8,982 nucleotides of DNA from Octopus sinensis. Taxonomy: Eukaryota. The DNA lies in NCBI RefSeq assembly GCF_006345805.1, contig NW_021827766.1, positions 1-8,982 on the forward strand. Direction: 5' to 3'. Under the pieces are notes generated by a model. It worked only from the letters and a program-made list of their open reading frames with translations, did no database searches and was not told the origin of the DNA. Numbering within the stretch: position 1 is the first letter of the stretch; each line of letters opens with the position of its first letter. Shown piece by piece: positions 1 to 7,231 of this stretch. The position numbers and the translations under genes are program-made.

Positions 1-316
1 GGGGCAAGAGCAATGTCGTTATTAGAAGAGATTCCAAAGCTAAAAAAAGGGGGCTAAAATAAAAGATGAAATAAAATTAAAAAAACTGCAGAGTAGAAAG
101 AGCGAAAGAATATAAGAGGCGGACACACGGACACACGTCGAAGCTGGGCAACTTAGGCGCACCTCAAATGCAGATACAGTTACACACACTCACACATCCT
201 TCGTGTGACCCCAATAATGCTTCACCTTGAAAAACTGGTCCCAGTTGACAGCGAGGTTCTAAAATGTTGTCTCATCCATGACACAGATATTATATACATT
301 GCTCACCTGTTTAAGC

Positions 317-408
317 GTGTGTGTGTGTGTGTATTTATACACACACACACATGCACAGGTACACATACACACACGCACACGCGCGCACACATATATATAT
401 ATATTATT
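317..408. repeat. Compound dinucleotide microsatellite (GT)n-(AC)n-(GC)n-(AT)n
   Basis: Direct reading: gtgtgt 317-332, acacac 338-390 with interruptions, atatat 391-408. Confidence 0.95.
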
Positions 409-592
409 TAGATAGACAAACAGACAGACAGACAGTCAGATTGGTAGGTAGGTACGTAGGTAGGTAGATAGGTAGGTAGGTAGGTAGGTATGTAGGTAGG
501 TTAGGTAGGTAGGTAGGTAGAGCGAGACAGACAGACAGATAGACAGACTGATAGACGGGTAGTTGGACAGACAGTCAGACAGACAGACAGAC

Positions 593-655
<63 letters not shown>

Positions 656-668
656 CAAAGAGATAGAC

Positions 669-740
<72 letters not shown>

Positions 741-763
741 TGGTAGATAGATTGGTAGGTAGG

Positions 764-823
<60 letters not shown>

Positions 824-850
824 GATAGACAGAAAGACAGACAGACAGAA

Positions 851-885
<35 letters not shown>

Positions 886-889
886 TATT

Positions 890-952
<63 letters not shown>
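409..952. repeat. Compound tetranucleotide microsatellite (GACA)n/(GGTA)n/(GATA)n
   Basis: Blocks of GACA, GGTA and long GATA runs; source of the YLSI-repeat ORFs 501..1064 and 575..961. Confidence 0.97.
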
Positions 953-953
<1 letters not shown>

Positions 954-1227
954 CCTATCAATAAGGAGTTTAAAGAATTTAAAGAGGGATGGAGTTATAT
1001 AATGAACTACACCTAGTACGGAGTTAGAGGAAATAGCAGATTGGATATCAAGGAAAGCCAGCAATAAGGAATAGTCTAATGATTGACGATATAGAATGTT
1101 AAACGGGTGGCGATATTAAAATTGGATGGTGTAATCATATTTGTGTGAACCAGATGAAGTAACTCGAGGCAATTGTTGCGGGTAATAAGATTGGATATTG
1201 TGTTCCGTCCACTATAATAACAAGCGT

Positions 1228-1605
1228 GGAGGCGCAATGGCCCAGTGGTTAGGGCAGCGGACTCGCGGTCATACGATCGCGGTTTCGATTCCCAGACCGG
1301 GCGTTGTGAGTGTTTATTGAGCGAAAACACCTAAAAGCTCCACGAGGCTCCGACAGGGGGTGGTGGTGATCCCTGCTGTACTCTTTCACCACAACTTTCT
1401 CTCACTCTTACTTCCTGTTTCTGCTGTACCTGTATTTCAAAAGGCCGGCCTTGTCACTCTCTGTGTCACGCTGAATATCCCCGAGAACTACGTTAAGGGT
1501 GCACGTGTCTGTGGAGTGCTCAGCCACTTACACGTTAATTTCACGAGCAGGCTGTTCCGTTGATTCGGATCAACAGGAACCCTCATCGTCGTAACGGACG
1601 GAGTG
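1228..1605 (+). mobile_element. tRNA-derived SINE (tRNA-Arg-like head; resembles octopus OR-type SINEs), ~380 bp
   Basis: Pol III A box TGGCCCAGTGG (1238-1248) and B box GGTTTCGATTCCC (1281-1293). The intervening GCAGCGGACTCGCGGTCATACGATCGC aligns by eye with the anticodon/variable arm of tRNA-Arg. The body matches an abundant octopus repeat as I recall it. Family name and 3' boundary are uncertain; no TSD seen. Confidence 0.8.
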
Positions 1606-1655
1606 TTGGTGTAAGGATTACCTCCCTGGTAGAAATGGAAACGAACTGTCTAGGG

Positions 1656-1856
1656 CAGTGCTTTTCAAACTTTTTGCTGGGGCGGAACCCCAAGGAAACA
1701 TTCCACTGGCTCGGGGAACTCCTGTGCAATAATTTAATAGTCTTATGCACACATATCTGCACAGGAAAATTAAAAATTACTGCCGATTTTAGCAGTTTTG
1801 TAACTTCTTGCGGAACCCCTGGACTGTACTGGCGGAACCCTGGTTGAAAACCACTG
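1656..1856. mobile_element. Non-autonomous hAT (Charlie-like) DNA transposon / MITE, 201 bp
   Basis: TIRs CAGTGCTTTTCAAAC (1656-1670) and GGTTGAAAACCACTG (1842-1856), 13/15 match. Perfect 8-bp TSD GTCTAGGG at 1648-1655 and 1857-1864, close to the Charlie-type NTCTAGAN target. Subterminal motif GCGGAACCC at 1682, 1810 and 1832. Confidence 0.93.
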
Positions 1857-1960
1857 GTCTAGGGTGTGCAGGTGGTTGTTAGCGGTTAAGCATCACTGTA
1901 CTCGCTATTGGATAACACCAACTACACCACAGATAGAATGGTTAGTTCCTTCGATATAGC

Positions 1961-2197
1961 ATACCTATTTCTTTATTACCCACAAGGGGCTAAATATAGA
2001 GGGGAAAAACAAGGACAGACATAGGTATTAAGTCGATTACATCGACCCCAGTGTGTAACTGGTACTTAATGTATCGACCCCGAAGGATGAAAGGCAAAGT
2101 CGACCTCGGCGTAATTTGAACCCACAACGTAACGACAGACGAAATACGGCTACGCATTTCGCCCGGCGTGCTAACGTTTCTGCCAGCTCGCCGCCTT
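1961..2197 (-). mobile_element. tRNA-derived SINE with a conserved central domain (Meta/MESC-like; domain name tentative)
   Basis: On the minus strand: GGCGGCGAGC, A box TGGCAGAAACG (2185-2175), B box GGGTTCAAATT (2123-2113), then GCCGAGGTCGACTTTGCCTTTCATCCTTCGGGGTCGATACATTAAGTACCAG (2110-2059), which resembles a central domain shared by many metazoan SINEs; it ends ...AATAAAGAAATAGGTAT. Confidence 0.82.
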
Positions 2198-2268
2198 AAT
2201 ATAGGTATGGTAGGAGCGGTTTAAAGCAATACTAAATCTCTGAACGAGGTATAGACAGTAACTGCACG

Positions 2269-2625
2269 ACCATGTGAAGTATATTTGCCATCTAAATATG
2301 GTTAACCACTAAGGGTGGATGTTACTGTAGCTTGTATACACTTTTTCAAGATCAGTGGCGGAAAGTCACTGGGAAAAGGATATAAATATTTGCATTGGGA
2401 CCCTTCCATCGAAAACCGGTGGTTGTCGTGCGCTGATGACGGGTCAATACCTAGAAACTGCAGTCCGTTGAAGGGAAGGATGACCTCCCTTTGCAAATAC
2501 CGATAGGGCACAGTTAAGTGTGTCAATAGCCAGCTAGGGAAGATGTTCTCCTGGGGCTACAAGCCACAGTAGCATCTACCCTTAGTGGTTAGACATATTG
2601 AGATGGCAAATATACTTCACATGGT
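2269..2625. mobile_element. Foldback element with 68-bp inverted arms and a central hammerhead motif (unclassified)
   Basis: 2269-2336 versus the reverse complement of 2558-2625: 62/68 identical, no gaps. No TSD immediately flanks the arms. Calling it a mobile element is inference. Confidence 0.7.
2426..2471 (+). ncRNA. Minimal type I hammerhead ribozyme motif (Penelope/retrozyme-like), partly degenerate
   Basis: Core CTGATGA (2433-2439). Stem II GGGT/ACCT with CAAT loop, closed by a C.A mismatch. GAAA (2454-2457). Palindromic stem/loop III ACTGCAGT (2457-2464). GUC cleavage triplet ending at 2465. Stem I is weak: TCG(T)GCG/CGTTGA, with two G.U pairs and a bulge. Confidence 0.7.
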
Positions 2626-2983
2626 TTAAAGTAAGTTATAAAGAAAAAATACAAGACTAGAAGGACCCAGAAACGATTGGGTAGATCGATAGACTAAAGA
2701 ATCGGCGAAAGAAGAAGTAAATTGGATCGTACCAAGGATGGGGGCTATAATAGGGGTTGTTTAATGTCCTTAAATTATTCAAAGGTGCGGGTGGCCTTGT
2801 GTATGCAAGAAAGACGAGGGTCTAGTTTATTATTTTGTAAATATACACTATTAGACCTCCCTAAAATTTCAAATAGTTCCATGCAGCAAACTGCATGCGT
2901 ACCTACCCTTTTAGCGACCTTAATGGTGTCTCAACCCAAATCAAACTTAACATTTTCGTCCTTGAGCTGGCTTGTATGCCTTT

Positions 2984-3500
2984 TATGTGTATGTATGTAT
3001 GCATGTATGTATGTATGTATGTATGAATGTATGTATGTATGCATGTATGTATGTATGTATGTATGTATGCATGTATGTATGTATGCATGTATGTATGTAT
3101 GTATGTATGTATGTATGATGTATGTATGTATGTATGCATGCATGTATGTATGTATGTAGTATGTATGCATGTATGTATGTATGTATGTATGTATGATGCA
3201 TGTATGTATGTATGTATGTATGTATGTATGTATGTATGTATGCATGTATATATGTAGTATGTATGGTATGTATGTATGTATGCATGTATGTATGTATGTA
3301 TGTATGTATGTATGTATGCATGCATGCATGCTGTATGTATGTATTATGTATGTATGTATGCATGTATGTATGTATGTATGCATGTATTTAGTATGTATGT
3401 GTGTATGTATGTATGTATGTATGTATTATATGTATGTATGTATGTGTGTATGTAGTATGTATGTATGTATATATGTATGTATTATGTATGTATGTATGTA
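2984..3500. repeat. (TATG)n microsatellite with TGCA variants
   Basis: Direct reading; source of the MYVC/HTYI ORFs. Confidence 0.97.
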
Positions 3501-3508
3501 GGTATTAT

Positions 3509-3555
<47 letters not shown>

Positions 3556-3576
3556 GGGTCTGGGGGGGGGGGGGGG
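3509..3576. repeat. Poly-G tract (G46-TGGGTCT-G15)
   Basis: Direct reading; embedded in the TATG array. Confidence 0.9.
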
Positions 3577-3643
3577 TGTATGTATATGTGTGTATGTATG
3601 TATGTATGTATGTATGTATGTGTGTGTGTATGTATGTATGTAT
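3577..3643. repeat. (TATG)n/(TG)n continuation after the poly-G tract
   Basis: Direct reading. Confidence 0.95.
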
Positions 3644-3767
3644 ACGTTTATGTATTTGTTTATAAGATTCTTGATGTGGAATCGTGTGTTGATACTATTA
3701 TACTTGGAGATGGTCATGTTTGGCCAATTAAACACACGCACTGTACGTTTTGTTTTTACTCCAGCTC

Positions 3768-3830
3768 TATTATTATCATTATTCTTATTATTATTGTTGT
3801 TGTTGCTGCTGCTGTTATTATTATTATTAT
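3768..3830. repeat. Compound trinucleotide repeat (TTA)/(TTG)/(CTG)
   Basis: Direct reading. Confidence 0.9.
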
Positions 3831-3873
3831 TTTGTTTCTTTGTCAAAGCCCTTCTGACACACAACGACTCTTT

Positions 3874-4086
3874 GAGCTGTTCTTCACTCCTGCTCCAGAG
3901 CGTCGGCTGCGGGGTCACTCCGAAGAGCTCTATCTGCGACAGTTTCATCTCAATCGAAGGAGAGGGGCTTTCTCCATCCGGGTTGCGGATCCGCGGAATA
4001 AGCTGCCGGACGAGATAATGAAGATGCCGACGACTGCTCTGTTCAAAGTCTCTCTTGACCAGAAATGGCCTGAACTCTTTGCATGA
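3874..4086 (+). pseudogene. LINE ORF2 C-terminal remnant, copy 1 (most diverged)
   Basis: ELFFTPAPERRLRGHSEELYLRQFHLNRRRGAFSIRVADPRNKLPDEIMKMPTTALFKVSLDQKWPELFA*. The conserved W of WNxLP is mutated to R. Confidence 0.82.
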
Positions 4087-4128
4087 ACACCCTCCCTGTA
4101 CATAACTCCATGTCTCCCTACATGGCCT

Positions 4129-4377
4129 CACAACATCATAAGCGGAAGGTGTAACCTCTCGAAAGAGCTGTTCTTCATTCCTGCTCCAAAGCGTGGGCTG
4201 CGGGGTCACTCCGAAAAGCTCTATCTGCGACGATTTCATCTCAATCGAAGGAGAGGGGCTTTCTCCGTCCGGGTTGCGGATCCGTGGAATAAGCTGCCGG
4301 ACGAGATAGTGAAGATGCCGACGACCGTTCGGTTCAAAGTCTCTCTTGACCAGAAATGGCCTGAACTCTTTGCATGA
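4129..4377 (+). pseudogene. LINE ORF2 C-terminal remnant, copy 2
   Basis: HNIISGRCNLSKELFFIPAPKRGLRGHSEKLYLRRFHLNRRRGAFSVRVADPWNKLPDEIVKMPTTVRFKVSLDQKWPELFA*. Matches the CR1/L2-group tail pattern RGHxxKL...R...FSxRV...WNxLP...FKxxLDxxW. Confidence 0.85.
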
Positions 4378-4419
4378 ACACCCTCCCTGTACATAACTCC
4401 ATGTCCCCCTACATGGCCT

Positions 4420-4668
4420 CACAACATCATAAGCGGAAAGTATAACCTCTCGAAAGAGCTGTTCTTCACTCCTGCTCCAGAGCGTGGGCTGCGGGGTCAC
4501 TCCGAAAAGCTCTATCTGCGACGATTTCATCTCAATCGAAGGAGAAGGGCTTTCTCCGTCCGGGTTGCGGATCCGTGGAATAAGCTGCCGGACGAGATAG
4601 TGAAGATGCCGACGACCGTTCGGTTCAAAGTCTCTCTTGACCAGAAATGGCCTGAACTCTTTGCATGA
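4420..4668 (+). pseudogene. LINE ORF2 C-terminal remnant, copy 3
   Basis: Same frame and motifs as copy 2 (5 nucleotide differences over the 291-bp unit); followed by the complete 3' tail. Confidence 0.85.
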
Positions 4669-4881
4669 ACACCCTCCCTGTACATAACTCCATGTCCCCC
4701 TACATGGCCTTGCTTTTTGCTTTTTGAGCCAAAAAATTAACTTAACTTAACTTAACCATCCCACGTATCTCCTCTTGTTTCAAACAGCACAAGAGGAAAC
4801 ACATTGGATCAGAGTCACTGAAGTGGTTACAGGTTGCGCGACGAAAGAGCTTAAGCACTAACATAAACAGAAAATTAATAG

Positions 4882-4918
<37 letters not shown>

Positions 4919-4919
4919 C

Positions 4920-4964
<45 letters not shown>

Positions 4965-4998
4965 GGTGGTAGTAGTAGTAGTAGTGGTGGTGGTGGTG

Positions 4999-5039
<41 letters not shown>

Positions 5040-5079
5040 GGTGGTGGTGGTGGTAGTAGTAGTAGTAGTAGTGGTGGTG

Positions 5080-5113
<34 letters not shown>

Positions 5114-5346
5114 AAGTAGTAGTAGTAGTAGTGGTGGTGGTGGTGGTAGTAGTAGTAGTAGTAGTGGTGGTGGTGGTGGTGGTGGTGGTAGTAGTGGTGG
5201 TGGTGGTGGTAGTAGTAGTAGTAGTAGAAGTAGTAGTAGTAGTAGTGGTGGTGGTGGTAGTAGTAGTAGTAGTGGTGGTGGTGGTGGTAGTAGTAGTAGT
5301 AGTATGGTGGTGGTGGTGGTGGTGGTGGTGGTGTGTGGTGGTGGTG

Positions 5347-5390
<44 letters not shown>

Positions 5391-5502
5391 GGTGGTGGTA
5401 GTAGTAGTAGTAGTAGTGGTGGTGGTGGTGGTAGTAGTAGTAGTAGTGGTGGTGGTGGTGGTGGTGGTAGTAGTAGTGGTAGTAGTAGTAGTAGTAGTGG
5501 TG

Positions 5503-5536
<34 letters not shown>

Positions 5537-5583
5537 GTGGTGGTGGTGGTGGTGGTGGTAGTGGTGGTGGTGGTGGTGGTGGT

Positions 5584-5618
<35 letters not shown>

Positions 5619-5646
5619 GGTGGTGGTAGTAGTAGTAGTAGTGGTG

Positions 5647-5687
<41 letters not shown>

Positions 5688-5715
5688 GGTGGTGGTAGTA
5701 GTAGTAGTAGTGGTG

Positions 5716-5763
<48 letters not shown>

Positions 5764-5765
5764 TG

Positions 5766-5809
<44 letters not shown>

Positions 5810-5879
5810 GGTGGTGGTGGTAGTAGTAGTAGTAGTAGTGGTGGTGGTGGTGGTGGTAGTAGTAGTAGTAGTGGTGGTG

Positions 5880-5920
<41 letters not shown>

Positions 5921-5957
5921 GGTGGTGGTGGTAGTAGTAGTAGTAGTGGTGGTGGTG

Positions 5958-5997
<40 letters not shown>

Positions 5998-6014
5998 TAG
6001 TAGTAGTAGTAGTG

Positions 6015-6060
<46 letters not shown>

Positions 6061-6080
6061 TAGTATTAGTAGTGGTAGTA
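4882..6080. repeat. ~1.2-kb compound (GTA)n/(GTG)n trinucleotide array
   Basis: GTA-dominated ends with alternating GTG and GTA blocks inside; source of the poly-V/S/G/W ORFs. Confidence 0.97.
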
Positions 6081-6105
6081 AGGGTTTATCTTAGCAGCTC
6101 AAGAT

Positions 6106-6237
6106 CAAATCGACCCCAGGACTCATTCTTTGTAAGCCTAGTACTTATCCTTTTTGCCGAACCGCTAAGTTACGGCGACGTAAACACACCAGCGTCGGTT
6201 GTCAAGTGATGTTGGGGGGACAAACACAGGCACACAA

Positions 6238-6298
<61 letters not shown>

Positions 6299-6482
6299 CG
6301 ACGGGCTTCTTTCAGTTTCCGTCAACCAAATCCACTCACAAGGCTTTGGTCGACCCGAGACTATAGTAGAAGACACTTGCCCAAGGTGCCACGCAGTGGG
6401 ACTGAACCCAGACCCATGTGGATCATAGAAGCTACTTACCGCACAATCACTCCTGCACCTATATACATATATATATTATATA

Positions 6483-6513
<31 letters not shown>

Positions 6514-6537
6514 TATATATATTATTATATATATAAT

Positions 6538-6573
<36 letters not shown>

Positions 6574-6739
6574 CGACGGGCTTCTTTCAGTTTCCGTCAA
6601 CCAAATCCACTCACAAGGCTTTGGTCGACCCGAGACTATAGTAGAAGACACTTGCCCAAGGTGCCACGCAGTGGGACTGAATCCGGAACCATGTGGTTGG
6701 TAAACAAGCTACTTACCACACAGCCACTCCTACGCCTAT
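6106..6739 (-). mobile_element. CORE-type tRNA SINE (octopus OR2-like), head-duplicated dimer A
   Basis: Minus strand: head+CORE unit 6739-6573, (TA)n, second head+CORE unit 6462-6298, (TA)/(TG)n, then a partial 3' body to ~6106. The outer unit has A box TGGCTGTGTGG and B-box-like GGATTCAGTCCC; both units carry the CORE-like GCACCTTGGGCAAGTGTCTT. The OR2 label is from memory. Confidence 0.85.
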
Positions 6740-6766
6740 ACATATATATATATATATATATATATG
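6740..6766. repeat. (TA)n, left flank of the Penelope-like fragment
   Basis: Direct reading. Confidence 0.9.
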
Positions 6767-6848
6767 TAGGTCCCGGGTTGATTCGGGGTTAACCACAGTA
6801 AATAAGGTACTCAATACATAGCAGAGTAAAATTAATTTATTATATAGA

Positions 6849-6903
6849 AGGAGCTTCACAGGACTAGAACTGTTTCATTCAAGAGAATCTTCAGGAAGCT
6901 CCT
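6849..6903 (-). ncRNA. Type I hammerhead motif, minus strand, lacking the cleavage-site nucleotide N17
   Basis: Minus strand reads AGGAGCTTC-CTGAAGA-TTCTCTTGAAT-GAAA-CAG-TTCTAGTC-CTGT-GAAGCTCCT: perfect 9-bp stem I and 4-bp stem III, but no nucleotide between U16.1 and stem I. Confidence 0.7.
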
Positions 6904-6948
6904 GAAGATTTCTCTTGAATGAAACAGTTCTAGTCCTGTAGAAGCTCC
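6894..6948 (+). ncRNA. Type I hammerhead ribozyme motif, plus strand, GUA cleavage triplet
   Basis: CTGAAGA (6902-6908); stem II TTC/GAA with TCTT loop closed by U.U; GAAA (6921-6924); stem III ACAG/CTGT with an 8-nt loop; N17 = A6940; bulged stem I GGAAGCTC/GAAGCTCC. Confidence 0.72.

Positions 6949-6951
<3 letters not shown>

Positions 6952-6982
<31 letters not shown>
6952..6982. repeat. (TA)n, right flank of the Penelope-like fragment
   Basis: Direct reading. Confidence 0.9.
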
Positions 6983-6985
<3 letters not shown>

Positions 6986-7231
6986 GTGAGGGAAGAATAT
7001 ATTCTGTATAACTAGTGTTAATGTTCGAATTGTTTTTAATGAAAGCTATCTTATTTGGTGTGAGAACTACATATATAATATATATACTTCAATTATCCGC
7101 ACTAAGGCACGGTTGCGATACCCCATGGTCGTAACCTCAACCGGGATTTTTCTGTTGTGATTTTTGCTACCCCCGTATCGGTTATAAATTGAATAATCCG
7201 TAACAAGATATTTCATTTATCCTTTCAATAA

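Larger units (their letters stand above)
3860..4756 (+). mobile_element. Tandem trimer (291-bp period) of the 3' end of a CR1/L2-group LINE, with one complete 3' tail
   Basis: GAGCTGTTCTTCA recurs at 3874, 4165 and 4456. Each unit encodes an ORF2 C-terminus ending in TGA (4086, 4377, 4668), followed by a 3' UTR with a CCATGT-N6-ACATGG stem-loop. Only the last unit continues into the tail, ending (TTAAC)4 at 4737-4756. Confidence 0.88.
6767..6957. mobile_element. Penelope-like retroelement terminal (pLTR) fragment with an inverted partial copy
   Basis: A minus-oriented piece (6903-6767: HHR plus an AT-rich tail) joined to a plus-oriented inverted partial copy (6901-6957), flanked by (TA)n on both sides. 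HHR content and inverted partial termini are known PLE hallmarks. No RT or GIY-YIG sequence is present, so the family call is inference. Confidence 0.65.

Noticed and set aside
501-1064. 187-aa and 128-aa minus-strand ORFs (YLSI repeats)
   Set aside because: Translation of (GATA)n; stop-free only because of the repeat unit.
1228-1300. Possible functional tRNA gene (likewise the heads near 2120-2195, 6670-6739 and 8030-8094)
   Set aside because: A/B boxes are present, but I could not build a complete cloverleaf with an acceptor stem, and each continues into a SINE body.
2302-2526. 63-aa and 74-aa ORFs overlapping the foldback/HHR element
   Set aside because: Short, no recognisable motif, and of chance length; a viroid-like coding RNA interpretation is unsupported.
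2722-4086. Cluster of MYVC/HTYI/poly-G ORFs
   Set aside because: Microsatellite translations. Only the last ~70 codons of ORF 3580..4086 are meaningful (LINE ORF2 remnant).
3505-4530. 341-aa minus-strand ORF with an internal 97-aa repeat
   Set aside because: Antisense frame of the LINE tandem (291 bp is a multiple of 3) running into microsatellites; no independent coding evidence.
3860-4710. Possible CRISPR-like or regularly spaced array
   Set aside because: Units are contiguous 291-bp near-identical LINE fragments with no unique spacers; eukaryotic context with no cas genes.
4770-4797. 9-bp hairpin TCCTCTTGT/ACAAGAGGA just downstream of the LINE tail
   Set aside because: Isolated, with no supporting context; plausible by chance and not a terminator in eukaryotic DNA.
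4954-6209. Poly-Val/Ser/Gly/Trp ORFs
   Set aside because: Direct translation of GTA/GTG triplets.
7100-7145. Possible third, degenerate hammerhead on the minus strand (TTGAGGT...GCAAC)
   Set aside because: Several invariant core positions differ and no stem III/UH can be built.
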